DNA from: Candidatus Latescibacterota bacterium
GTDB taxonomy: Bacteria; Latescibacterota; UBA2968; GCA-2709665
Direction of reading: 5' to 3'
Assembly: GCA_965208835.1 (NCBI GenBank)
Contig: OZ242358.1
Span: 4,416,001 to 4,480,000, forward strand
Length of the DNA stretch: 64,000 nt
Shown: piece after piece, positions 9,421 through 20,224 of the stretch
How the letters are laid out: each line of letters opens with the position of its first letter
Numbering within the stretch: position 1 is the first letter of the stretch
Notes under the pieces: model-generated
The model's database searches: none
Seen by the model: only the letters and a program-made list of their open reading frames with translations
Told to the model about the DNA's origin: nothing
Translations under genes and position numbers: made by a program

Positions 9421-11673
9421 ATGGCTTCCGTGAAATCTGCATTGTACGTTTTCTCCGTGTTGTTGTTGGTCCTCACGCTTCACGTGGCTGCGGGTTCCAA
9501 TACAGACGATAGTCGCACAACAACCGATGGTGTCGCCGTAAACACCAACGCCGACGACACCGCGTCTATACCCGACTTCGACGGCGACGGTACGATCGGC
9601 TTCGGGGATTTCGTGATCTTCGCGGGTGCGTTCGGGTCACACCGGGGCGATCAGGGTTATGATGCCAGGTTCGATCTCAATGGCGACGGGGAGATAGAAT
9701 TCGCGGACTTTGTGATCTTCGCCCAGAACTTCGGCAAGGCGGCGCCATCGCCTGTCGTTTCGATCCCCGACGCTATTCTGCGCTCGGCGATTGAGGATGC
9801 CCTGGACAGGGCCGTTGGTGCAGCGATCACTGTCGCTGACATGGCGACATTGGATAGTATCCAGTCGGTGAATTGGGGTAGAGCGGGCATCAGGGACTTG
9901 ACCGGCTTGGAGTATGCTACCAGCCTGGCATGGCTGGCGCTTCAAAAAAACGACATCACGAATCTATCGCCGTTGGCAGGCCTGACCAACCTGAATCATC
10001 TCGACCTTTGGAGCAACCGGATCCGGGACATCTCGCCGCTGGCGGGCTTGACCAATCTGACATGGCTGAGCGTTGGGGGTAACCACCTCACGGACGTGTC
10101 TCCGTTAGCAGGCTTGACCAAGCTGACCTATCTGCATGGTTCGTCGAACTCCATCGTGGACATCTCGCCGCTGGCAGGCTTGACCAATCTGACTGGATTG
10201 TACCTCAGTGGGAACTCCGTCACGGACATCTCGCCGCTGGCAGGTTTGGACAACCTGTCCCGTCTGTGGCTGATGGACAACTTTATTACGGACATCTCAC
10301 CGCTGGCAGGTTTGGAAAACCTGTGGGATTTGAACCTTGGGTACAACCCCATCGTCGACATTTCGGCTGTTTCGGGCTTGGTCAACATGCTTTGGCTGGA
10401 ACTTGAGGCCACCGACGTCACGGATATCTCGGCGCTGTCAGGCCTGACCGGGATGCGTAAGCTCGTCCTGGGATTCAACTTCATCACGGATATATCGGCG
10501 CTTCCCGGCCTGACCAACCTGTCGGAATTGGACCTTCGGGGAAACCCCCTGGGGCGGTCCTCCATCGACGTTCACATTCCGGCCCACGAACGCAACGGGG
10601 CTACGGTAACCTTCAACTCGCTGCGCGAGGGCGACTTTGATATCGAACTCGTCTTCCTCGAGTCGTTCACTGAGCGCCATAAGAGGGTATTCCGATACGC
10701 GGCCCGTCGGTGGATGGCGGCAGTTATGGAGGACCTGCCGGACTATGTATTTACGCAAGGCTGGTCCGGGCAGTGCGGCGGTCAGTCGTATGAGATCTCT
10801 GCTGGCGAGCGCATAGACGACCTTCGGATCTACGTGATCAGCTTCGATTTAGAAACCGCAAAAGATGCCCGATATCCCTCTGCCGCGTGGGGTGGCCCAC
10901 ACCTGCTGCGAGACACCAACCACCTGCCCGTCGTAGGATGTATGGGGTTCGGTTTTTATAGTGTCGGCGCAGTATTGGCGAACGTAGTTCCCCACGAGAT
11001 CGGGCACGTTCTGGGATTTACCAGTGGGGTATGGGATAGATTTGGCTACTTCCAGAACCCGCCGGACGGCGACCAGCACTTTACCGGTCCACTGGCGATC
11101 ACTGCTTTCGACGACGCGGGCGGACGGGAATACGCAGGCGCCAAGGTACCGGTGGAGTCCGGTTACCATTGGAGGAGTACCATTCTGGATGCCGAACTGA
11201 TGGGGGGAATGCAGCTATGGCGGCCCTCCGGTGCGGCGCTGAGCGCGATCACGGTCCAGTCCTTCGCGGATCTCGGGTATGGCGTCGACGTCACGCAAGC
11301 AGACCCATATACCCTGCCGAGCGCTGCTTCAGGCGCGAAGATCGCCGTTTCCACACTTGCCGTTCCGGGATTTGGTATTAACGGGTACCGGCCGGAGACC
11401 TTCACGCAATCGGGCGCGGATCGGTCCGGCCAGGAATCGATCCGACGGAGCCTGCCCTTGGGTCCCGCAGACGGCCGCGCCGGTCACCTGGAGAGTGGCG
11501 AGCGGTTGCGGGGCCCCGGCATCACGTTTGATCTCGCGAGAAACCAACAAGTGTGGGACACGGCACTGCCCACGCACACGGCGCCTGAGCTGACCTGCGG
11601 CGCCGAGCCGATGAATGAACCAATTTACGTAGTGGATCCGCAGGGGCGTATCGTGCGAACGATAAACCGGTGA
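9421..11673 (+). CDS. Dockerin-like + internalin-type LRR + leishmanolysin (M8)-like zinc peptidase
   Basis: AGGAGG RBS, dockerin, IPDxxLR cap, 22-aa DISPLAGLTNL repeats, HEIGHVLGF...HW...ELM. Confidence 0.88.
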   Translation: MASVKSALYVFSVLLLVLTLHVAAGSNTDDSRTTTDGVAVNTNADDTASIPDFDGDGTIGFGDFVIFAGAFGSHRGDQGYDARFDLNGDGEIEFADFVIFAQNFGKAAPSPVVSIPDAILRSAIEDALDRAVGAAITVADMATLDSIQSVNWGRAGIRDLTGLEYATSLAWLALQKNDITNLSPLAGLTNLNHLDLWSNRIRDISPLAGLTNLTWLSVGGNHLTDVSPLAGLTKLTYLHGSSNSIVDISPLAGLTNLTGLYLSGNSVTDISPLAGLDNLSRLWLMDNFITDISPLAGLENLWDLNLGYNPIVDISAVSGLVNMLWLELEATDVTDISALSGLTGMRKLVLGFNFITDISALPGLTNLSELDLRGNPLGRSSIDVHIPAHERNGATVTFNSLREGDFDIELVFLESFTERHKRVFRYAARRWMAAVMEDLPDYVFTQGWSGQCGGQSYEISAGERIDDLRIYVISFDLETAKDARYPSAAWGGPHLLRDTNHLPVVGCMGFGFYSVGAVLANVVPHEIGHVLGFTSGVWDRFGYFQNPPDGDQHFTGPLAITAFDDAGGREYAGAKVPVESGYHWRSTILDAELMGGMQLWRPSGAALSAITVQSFADLGYGVDVTQADPYTLPSAASGAKIAVSTLAVPGFGINGYRPETFTQSGADRSGQESIRRSLPLGPADGRAGHLESGERLRGPGITFDLARNQQVWDTALPTHTAPELTCGAEPMNEPIYVVDPQGRIVRTINR

Positions 11674-11932
11674 TCGTTCGCGTTGCCACATTGGTGACCC
11701 CTCAATCCTGCCGGGACGACAAGAGATCCGGACCGAATCGCAAAAATGCGTTTGCGGCCGCAGAAACAGGAGTCGAAGCCGCAGTTGTTCGCTTCGACCC
11801 TTCCTGTCTGTCTCGTGGGGAATAACAAAGATAGTGCCATGTGGGCATCGTGAGAAACATAAATGACCCGTTCGGCGTGAAGGCGTAACCCGCCGGTATG
11901 GGTACAGAAAAATCAAGCTGAAAGGATCGACA

Positions 11933-12502
11933 ATGTGCCAGGCATCAATCAAGCCTTCGACAGTCTCAGGTTTTGTCATTCTGATCCTCATCGGGTTTTC
12001 CGCCATCGCATCCGCCCAGCGCTTCGACCCGGCTCAGCGACCGCTCCCGCCCGAGATCCTGGTCGACAAATATCTGATCCACGCGGAACAGCTCCACGCC
12101 GCGAAGGACTATGCGGCTTCGTTCAAAGTGATGCAGAAGATCGTGGCCCTGCAAAAGGAGCACAACCTGGCGGTACCCGACGACTTTCATTTCAAGTACG
12201 CGCTGGTGGCCCTGGCTGCGGATTCGATGCGTATCGCGCTGGAGTCGGTGACCAGGTACCTGTCGGCAACGGGGAAAGACGGTTAATTCTACGAGGGAGC
12301 GCTCGTTGTGTGGCTTGAGGCTGAGTGGCCTGAGATCAGTGTCGAGGAAACCTGCGCCGGAAAGCGGGCACGCGTTAAGTGCTGGAACGAACTGACCAGT
12401 CACCCTCAATGTTACATGTAGGAAGAAAACTACGATGAGGACCGGACTGTAACCTGGTCGGACAAGTGTTCAGGGAACGTAGCCCACGGGAAGGGTACGC
12501 TA
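11933..12502 (+). pseudogene. LPPE-module family pseudogene
   Basis: In-frame TAA at 12284 and TAG at 12419 (a Trp position). Homology to 17554..18840 continues through ETCAGK...CW...TWSDKCSG and stops near a CTAG at ~12500. Confidence 0.85.
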
Positions 12503-12701
12503 GTAGCCTGTCGGGATACCTGTGGTTCAGGGGTTGAATGCAGTGGCTACAGGCGGAAAGGTCTCAGAAATGCTCGGGCTCCATATCGAATCTGCCGCGA
12601 TTAATCAATCATCGGCAATTGTTTCGACAGCTAATTGACATCACCATGGCTGCGAAGAAATCAGGCGGACAGACCTATTGGCGAGGCGTTAGGAGCACAA
12701 A

Positions 12702-15515
12702 ATGGCTTCCGGAAAATCAACGTTGTACGTAATCGCCGTGTTGTTGTTATGCACGCTTCACGCGGCAACGGGTTCCAATGCCGACGATAGAAGCACAGCA
12801 ACGCATGCTGTCAGGGTTGATACCAATGACGACGAAACCGCCTCTATTCCGGATTTCGACGGCGACGGGACGATCGGTTTTGGCGATTTTGTCATCTTCG
12901 CGGGCGTGTTCGGAGCGAGTCAGGGGGAAGAGAAATACGACCCAACGTATGATCTGAACGGCGACGGAGAAATCGGGTTTGCGGACTTTGTGATCTTCGC
13001 GGAAGTCTTCGGTAGCGACGCATCTTCATTCGTGTCAATCCCCGACGCCAACCTTCGGGCGGCGATCGAGGCGGCCCTCGGCAAGGCCAGCGGAGCGCCG
13101 ATCACCGTGGCTGAGATAAAGAGGTTGACCGCTCTGAACGCCTGGGAAGCGGGCATCAGCGAATTGACCGGGTTGGAAACTGCCACCAACCTTACGGACC
13201 TGAGTCTTGGGCTTAACAGGATTACGGATTTGTCGGCGCTTTCCAACTTGACGAACTTGACATCCCTGAACTTGTGGGGCAACATCGTTTCGGACATATC
13301 GGTGTTGTCAGGCCTGACCAATCTTACAGTTTTGCAACTTGGCTTTAACCCGGTCACAGATCTGTCGCCACTTGGCGGATTGGCCAACCTTACGACTTTG
13401 GGTCTCTTCTACTGCCACACCGCGGACATATCGGTGCTGTCAAAACTGACCAACCTGAAACGCCTGACCGCCGGGGGCGATCCTGCTCCCATTGTGGATA
13501 TATCGCCACTTGCTGGCTTAACCTACCTGACATATCTGTGGCTTTCCAGAAACGACATCACGGACATATCGCCGCTGACTGGTTTGACCAACCTGACATT
13601 CCTGCAACTCGCGCTAAATGACATCATGGATATTACGCCGCTAAGTGGCCTGTCACATCTTACTGAACTGTATCTTGGAAGAAACCTGGTCGCCGATATA
13701 TCACCGCTGGCCGGATTGAACGACCTGACAGCACTGGGTCTTTATGATAATCCCATTATAGACGTGTCGCCGCTGGCCGGCTTGACCCGCCTTGAGCGCC
13801 TGGAACTTGGTGGCGACGAATTGGCGAACCCATCGACGCTGGCGTCGTTGCTGTCAGGTCTTACCGGCCTCAGGAGACTCGGGCTTAGAACACTCAACAT
13901 CGCGGATGCATCAATGCTGTCAGGCTTGATCAACCTGACAGAGCTGAATCTCTCCGACAACACTATTATGGATATATCGGTTCTTTCCCGCCTGAACGAG
14001 CTGACGGAACTGGACCTCAGCGACAACACCATCACGGACATCTCGCCGCTGGCCGGCCTGACCGACCTGACGGAACTGTACCTCAGTCGCAACATCATCG
14101 CGGACATCTCGCCGCTGGCCGGCCTGACCAACCTGACGAAATTGTACCTAAGTCGCAATACAATCGCCGAGATCTCGCCGCTAGCCAGCCTGAACGAGCT
14201 GACGGAACTGGACCTCAGCGACAACACCATCACGAACATCTCGCCGTTGTCCGGCCTGACCAACCTGACGCGACTGTACCTCGGGAACAACAACATCACG
14301 GACATCTCGCCACTGGAAGGCCTGGCGCGCATGATTGAATTGACTCTTCGGTTCAACGCCATTTCCGACATATCGGCACTAACCGGCTTGACCAACTTGA
14401 AATGGCTGTGGCTTCGAGGAAACCTGCTGAACGATGCTTCCATCAACGACTATATACCCGTTCTTCAGAGCAGGGGAACTGACGTTAAATTCGACCCTCC
14501 TCGTCCCGAAGGCGACTTCAACATCGAGCTTGTCTTCACGGACGCTTTCTCTGAGAACCAGAAGAAAGTGCTCCAGTATGTAGCCAGACGCTGGATGGCG
14601 GTCATTCAGGACGACCTTCCAGACTATGAACTCACCCGGGGTTGGTCCGGGCAGTGCGGCGGACAGGCTTATGAGATCCCTCCAGGGGAGCGGATAGACG
14701 ACCTTCGGATCTATATGACCACGTTTGAAGGCGACGGTGCTGTAGGGTGGGGTGGACCGCGTTTGTTACGTGACGAGACCCATCTGCCTGTCGTGGGATG
14801 CATGGGCTTCGACCTGAAACGTGCCAATTTGCTGATTACAGGGCTCCACGAGATCGGACACGTCCTGGGGTTCGGGACGGTCTGGGCAGAGCTTGGCTTT
14901 TATCAGAATCCGCGGGGTGGCGACGAGCACTTCAGTGGCCCTCTGGCGATTGCCGCGTTTGACGATGCAGGGGGACGGGGCTATACGGGCAAGAAGGTGC
15001 CGCTGGATGATCCTGCGCATTGGAGGGTTCCTGAGCTGAGTGGGGAACTCATGGTGCCGCATGGAGGAGGGTCGCTCAGCGCGATTACGGTGCAGTCTAT
15101 GGCCGATCTCGGCTACGGCGTCGATGTCGCGCAGGCTGACCCATATATGATGCCCGGCGCCGCAAGCAAGGCAGTTGCGAAGATCACCGTGTCCGGGCCT
15201 GTCGGTCCAGCCTATGACACAAATGTCGTTCGCACGGACGTCTACACACTGTTCGGCGGCAATCCGCACGGACAAGGGCCGATCGAGGGGAGACTGCCCT
15301 TGGGTCCCGCAGACGGCCGCACCGGTTTCCAGGAGAGCGCTGAACATGTATGGGGCCGCGGCTTGACACTCGATCTCGCGGAAAACCGCCGGATGTGGGA
15401 CGCGGGATCGACTGCCCGCGCGGCGCCTGAGCTAACCTGCGGCGCCGAGCTTTTGAATGAACCCATTTACGTCGTAGATACGCAGGGTCGTATTGTGCGC
15501 ACGATAAGCCCGTGA
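12702..15515 (+). CDS. Dockerin-like + internalin-type LRR + leishmanolysin (M8)-like zinc peptidase (paralogue of 9421..11673)
   Basis: Same architecture with more LRRs; HEIGHVLGFG...HW...GELM. Confidence 0.88.
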   Translation: MASGKSTLYVIAVLLLCTLHAATGSNADDRSTATHAVRVDTNDDETASIPDFDGDGTIGFGDFVIFAGVFGASQGEEKYDPTYDLNGDGEIGFADFVIFAEVFGSDASSFVSIPDANLRAAIEAALGKASGAPITVAEIKRLTALNAWEAGISELTGLETATNLTDLSLGLNRITDLSALSNLTNLTSLNLWGNIVSDISVLSGLTNLTVLQLGFNPVTDLSPLGGLANLTTLGLFYCHTADISVLSKLTNLKRLTAGGDPAPIVDISPLAGLTYLTYLWLSRNDITDISPLTGLTNLTFLQLALNDIMDITPLSGLSHLTELYLGRNLVADISPLAGLNDLTALGLYDNPIIDVSPLAGLTRLERLELGGDELANPSTLASLLSGLTGLRRLGLRTLNIADASMLSGLINLTELNLSDNTIMDISVLSRLNELTELDLSDNTITDISPLAGLTDLTELYLSRNIIADISPLAGLTNLTKLYLSRNTIAEISPLASLNELTELDLSDNTITNISPLSGLTNLTRLYLGNNNITDISPLEGLARMIELTLRFNAISDISALTGLTNLKWLWLRGNLLNDASINDYIPVLQSRGTDVKFDPPRPEGDFNIELVFTDAFSENQKKVLQYVARRWMAVIQDDLPDYELTRGWSGQCGGQAYEIPPGERIDDLRIYMTTFEGDGAVGWGGPRLLRDETHLPVVGCMGFDLKRANLLITGLHEIGHVLGFGTVWAELGFYQNPRGGDEHFSGPLAIAAFDDAGGRGYTGKKVPLDDPAHWRVPELSGELMVPHGGGSLSAITVQSMADLGYGVDVAQADPYMMPGAASKAVAKITVSGPVGPAYDTNVVRTDVYTLFGGNPHGQGPIEGRLPLGPADGRTGFQESAEHVWGRGLTLDLAENRRMWDAGSTARAAPELTCGAELLNEPIYVVDTQGRIVRTISP

Positions 15516-15774
15516 TCGTTCGCGTTGCCTCATTGGAGACCTCTAAATCCTGCCGGGACGACAAGAGATCCGGACCGAATCGCAAAAATGCGCTTGCGGC
15601 CGCAGAATCAGGAGTCGAAGCCGCTGTTGTTCGCTGCGACCCTTCCTGACTGTCTCGTGGGGAATAACAAAGATAGTGCCACGTTGGCGTCGTGAGAAAC
15701 ATAAATGACCCGTTCGGCGCGAAGGCGTAGCCCGCTGGTATGGGTACAGAATAATCAAGCTGAAAGGATCGACA

Positions 15775-17139
15775 ATGTGCCAGGCATCAATCAAGCCTTC
15801 GACAGTCTCAGGTTTTGTCATTCTGATCCTCATCGGGTTTTCCGCCATCGCATCCGCCCAGCGCTTCGACCCGGCTCAGCGACCGCTCCCGCCCGAGATC
15901 CTGGTCGCCAAATATCTGATTCACGCGGAGCAGCTCCACACCGCGAAGGATTATGCGGGCGCCTTCGAAGTGATGCAAGAGATCGTCGCATTGCAGAACG
16001 AGCACAGTCTCGCGGTGCCCGACGACTTTCATTTCAATTATGCGCGGGTAGCCCTGTCGGCGGATTCAATGCGGACCGTGCTCGAGTCGGTCACCAGGTA
16101 TCTATCGGCAACGGGAGAAGAGGGGAAGTTCTACGAAAAGGCGCTGACGTTATTGCTAAAGGACGAAGAGAATGAGGTCACGTCACCGGAGGATTTCTAT
16201 GAAAACGTTATCAAGACCCAGGAAACTTGTGAAGGTTTGCCGGATCGTTCCGAGTGCTGGATGGCGTTGACGAATCACCACGAATGTTACGTGTGGAACC
16301 GCAACTTTCGGCAAGGTGACTCCGCGATATGGACCGGAAAGTGTTCGGGGCACGTGCCCGATGGCGAGGGGACAATAACCTGGTTTTTCATAGACCGCAC
16401 AGGAGGCAAAGGAAAATCCAGCACAGAAGTCGAGAGAGAATTGAAGAGAGACACAGGTCTTTTTCAAAATGGAAAGAAGCATGGGAAATGGACCAAGCGT
16501 AGCCAGTATTCGGAAGGAGGAAGAATGGGGGACCACCTTAGTATGGTAACCGTAGCCACGTACAAAAACGGCACGCTGCACGGACAGTGGGTCAATCGTC
16601 TCCTGGTTCGTACCGTGTTGAGTGAAGACGCCTTCGATGATGGCAAGAAGGACGGGCCATCGGACACCACCTACGTCTAGGAAATAGAAAAGGGTCAGTA
16701 TGTGGACGGAAAACGACACGGCCGATGGGTGTTGCGGAACCGGGGCAATGTGTTTGAAGTTCCGTTTGTGGACGGGAAGGAACACGGTCAAGCGGTCAAT
16801 CGATGTTCTGACGGGAGGGTAGGGGGAGGTTCTCACATCAATGGCAGAATGACCGGACGTTGGGTGCTATTTGGCTGGTATGTGTACGCGTGCAACGGAG
16901 ATCACGATGAAGGCACCTTTGTTGACAACAAGAAACACGGAGAATGGATCGAACGTGACTCGAGCGGCAATAAGGAAAAGGGACAATACATTGAGGGCGA
17001 GAAAGATGGGACATGGTTGGTATATGATCGATCTGAGAACAAATGCTGGTACGAAAAATATCGTCGCGACGACAACATAATTCGAAAAAAGGAAAAAAAA
17101 AGATACGCCAACAGGCAGCGTGGTGAGCGAAGCAGATGA
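15775..17139 (+). pseudogene. LPPE-module + Cys-rich + MORN-variant repeat protein interrupted by one in-frame TAG
   Basis: ORFs 15775..16680 and 16702..17139 are in the same frame: TYV*EIEKGQYVDGKRHG. Confidence 0.8.
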
Positions 17140-17280
17140 ATTCGCGTAGCTGGCCTGGAAGTGTTGTCGGGTTCGGCTGGTAACTGCCGAGACGTCTAGG
17201 GTTTTCCCGCATTTGGCGTCGTTTCTGTGCCGACGAGCGTGCGGTCGTGGGTCAATTGACGACAATGCATCGCCTGCAAC

Positions 17281-17316
17281 TGTCGCAAGATACATCATAT
17301 GTAGCGAATTGCGACA
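17281..17316. promoter_or_regulatory. 17-bp palindromic box pair (TGTnGCA-N3-TGCGACA family), first box degenerate
   Basis: TGTCGCAAGATACATCA-TA-TGTAGCGAATTGCGACA. The motif recurs in six other intergenic regions. Confidence 0.45.
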
Positions 17317-17553
17317 TATCTGACCCGCCATCACAATCTTTCGGCTCGCGCTGGCGGTCAGCCACATCGAAACTGACACACGGTCCGTACGCCGGAAAGG
17401 AAAGTTACGTCGGCGTCGGTGGTGGTCACGAAACGTACGTCACTCGGATCACTGAAATTGCAAGGAACACGTGAAACAGCATTGACCTGGTGTTTTCAAC
17501 GAAACCACTACATAACGTCCCTCGGACATCGTCAGACGGTGAAGGAGGCCAGA

Positions 17554-18840
17554 ATGAGAAACACCATGGGAGCCATGATCACAAGCCTTTTCATCGTAAT
17601 CCTGTCAGGGTATTTCGAGGTCGTATCCGCGCAGCTCCCGCCGGAGATCCTGGTCGACAAATATCTGATTCACGCGGAACAGCTCCATGCCGCGAAGGAC
17701 TATGCGGCTGCCTTTGAAGTGATGCAGAAGATCGTCGACCTTCAGCAGGAGCACAGCCTCACGGTGCCGGACGACTTCCATTTCAAGTATGCGCGCGTGG
17801 CGCTGTCAGCGGATTCGGTCAGGATCGCGATTATGTCGGTGAACGCGTACCTATCGGCTGCAGGGAGAGAGGGTGAGTTTTACAAAGAGGCGCTAGCGCT
17901 GTTGGTTGAGGCTGAAGAAACGCAGATTCGTGCCGAGGAAACCTGCACCGGCAAACCGAATGGCGCTTTGTGCTGGAAGGAATTAGCCAACCATCCACAA
18001 TGCTACGTCTGGGACGAGAACTATCGTGAGGACCAAGCTGTGACCTGGTCCGGCAAGTGTTCGGGCAGCATGGCCACTGGGGAGGGAACGCTGATCTGGG
18101 CAAGAGGCGACCAGAAGCATACGGAGACAGGTCGCCTCGAGCGAGGCAAGAAGCAGGGCCGTTGGGTCGTCCGTGACGACGGCGGCACGTCCGAAGGCCT
18201 TTTTGCGGACGGAAAACGGAATGGACATTGGGTCCTGCGTTCCTCCGATGGCGAGGTTTCCGAAGGCGCCTATCTGGACGGCAGCAAGCACGGGAATTGG
18301 AAATATCAAGACGGAGACGGGAGGCAAAGTGAAGGTATCTACGTGAACGGTAGAAAGGATGGGCCGTGGGTGTTCCGTGACTGGTCCGACGCCGTATTAA
18401 ATGAGTCCTATGTGGATGGTAAAAAAGACGGCGAGTTTCACGGAGAGTATGAGTTGTGTTCGCGACCTGAGGGTTCGACCCGAATCCCTGTCCGCGGAAA
18501 GTACGCCGGCGGTAACAAGCAGGGATATTGGCACAATGACAATTCGTACGATGGCAAGACTGAGGGAGGAAGGTGGATTGGATCCGGTCATTACGATGAG
18601 AACGGTAAACGGCAAGGTTCGTGGACGTTTCGGCTATTTCGTTGTAGTGGCGACGAATCAAAATGGAGAGGCAGATACAAGGGTCAATTTGTCGACGGAA
18701 AAAAGCATGGCAGATGGATCTGGTATTTGTTTTCGGCAGACCCTGACGAAGGGGGTTGCACCTTCGACAGATACGAACACGGGAAATTCGTGAAATACGA
18801 TAGGAAGAAGATCAAGACATGCCGCCGGATGGATTGGTGA
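17554..18840 (+). CDS. Secreted LPPE-module + Cys-rich + MORN-variant repeat protein (intact)
   Basis: AAGGAGG RBS before ATG 17554, signal peptide, LPPEILVDKYL...FHFKYARVA, CWKEL...CYVW...TWSGKC, then EGxYxDGKxxGxW repeats. Confidence 0.88.
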   Translation: MRNTMGAMITSLFIVILSGYFEVVSAQLPPEILVDKYLIHAEQLHAAKDYAAAFEVMQKIVDLQQEHSLTVPDDFHFKYARVALSADSVRIAIMSVNAYLSAAGREGEFYKEALALLVEAEETQIRAEETCTGKPNGALCWKELANHPQCYVWDENYREDQAVTWSGKCSGSMATGEGTLIWARGDQKHTETGRLERGKKQGRWVVRDDGGTSEGLFADGKRNGHWVLRSSDGEVSEGAYLDGSKHGNWKYQDGDGRQSEGIYVNGRKDGPWVFRDWSDAVLNESYVDGKKDGEFHGEYELCSRPEGSTRIPVRGKYAGGNKQGYWHNDNSYDGKTEGGRWIGSGHYDENGKRQGSWTFRLFRCSGDESKWRGRYKGQFVDGKKHGRWIWYLFSADPDEGGCTFDRYEHGKFVKYDRKKIKTCRRMDW

Positions 18841-19063
18841 GGCAGACTCCACAGACGCGTTTCGGCAAGTTCCACTCTACCGTACAAGGCGCATTGGATG
18901 TCGAATGTCTACTGCTCTCGGCAACCGCAGCGGATTTGTACTGCGAACCAGCGTAAGAAAAGAGACAGTCGAGTTTCAGAATCGATTTGGATCCGCATCA
19001 AGCCCCTATAATCGCAATCGTGATAGAGCGCCAACGATGAGAATGAGCACAAGGAAAATCGTC

Positions 19064-19928
19064 ATGCGGGACAGCGTGAAGAGTCTCTACATCCTGATCC
19101 TGTTTGGGTTCTCAAGCCACGCATCCGCTCAGCTTCCCCCGGAAATAATGTCGGATCGATATCTGGTGAAGGCGGAAATGTTGGAGGCCAGTAAGGATTA
19201 CGCGGCGGCCTTCAATGTGATGGAGAAAGTCATTGCGCTCCATAAAACACACGATCTCAGATTGCCCGTCGACTTTCATTTCAAGTATGCCCGCGTTGCC
19301 CTGGCAGCGGATTCGATCAGGAACACCTATGATTCGGTGAATCTGTATCTGACGACGGCGGGGCGGGAGGGCGAGTACTACAGGGAAGCGCTGCTCTTGT
19401 CGTTGGAGGCCGAGGAGGAATTGGCGGAGGTCGTGATACGGTCTGAAGACACGTGTGCCGAAAAGCTGGAACGAGGGAAATGCTGGATGCCGCTGTCCGA
19501 TCGTCCGAATTGCTACGTCTGGAGTTATGGTAACAAACACATGACCGAAACAGCTCCGCAGCTTAAGTGGTCCGGCAAGTGTAGAGGAAACGTCGGTCGC
19601 GGTGAGGGAATACTTACCTTTTCTGGATCTGGATGGTCTGGATAAACAGCAAAAGGGATCCTACAAAAGGGGTAAGCTTCACGGCAAATCTGTCAAAATC
19701 AACGACCGTGGATTTGTATCTGAGGGTCGTTATGTGAACGGTAACAGGGATGGTCATTGGATTGAGCGGTACTTTAGCAACTGGCGGGAAAGTGGTGAAT
19801 ATATAGACGGAAATCGCGAGGGATCGTGGCTGAAAATGTACAACGAATCATGCACGTCCATCACATATCGCCAGGGCGAAGAGGCAGCGTCATGGCAAGT
19901 GGATAGGTCGAGATGCGAGGGGTGGTGA
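19064..19928 (+). pseudogene. LPPE-module + MORN repeat gene, frameshifted
   Basis: Frame changes at ~19640 within TCTGGATCTGGATGGTCTGGATAA. MORN repeats continue in ORF 19602..19928. Confidence 0.8.
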
Positions 19929-19930
19929 CT

Positions 19931-19963
19931 GGGTCGGGGCCCTTCGCAATGGGAGGCCCGCCC
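19931..19963 (+). terminator. GC-rich hairpin after the stop codon, possible terminator
   Basis: GGGTCGGGGCCCTTC-GCAA-TGGGAGGCCCGCCC; imperfect stem, weak U-tract. Confidence 0.35.
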
Positions 19964-20224
19964 TTCCTGTTATAAACGTACAAAACGCATCAATAGATCT
20001 TGCGGAAGAGTCGTAAATTCGTGTGAGTTATCTCATACCATAAAGGAGGAGGCCATGCAGTAACGGTTCGGGTAACGCAAGCTGCGTCACTCACAGATTT
20101 CGCGGAAATGTACCATCCGCAGCGAATTGCGACACGTGCGCCCGTCGTCGCGACGACGCCCCTCTTGGGTTCCCGCGGCTCGGATAGCGCCTTGAGCGAC
20201 TACTCACGACCCGCACGACGCCAC

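Noticed and set aside
11825-11839. Sigma54-like TGGCAC-N5-TTGT on the minus strand (also ~15666-15680)
   Set aside because: It lacks the -12 GC and points antisense into the upstream gene; the two copies are one duplication.
12500-12560. Possible IS end (CTAGTAGCCTGTCGG) at the pseudogene truncation
   Set aside because: No partner inverted repeat or transposase fragment was found.
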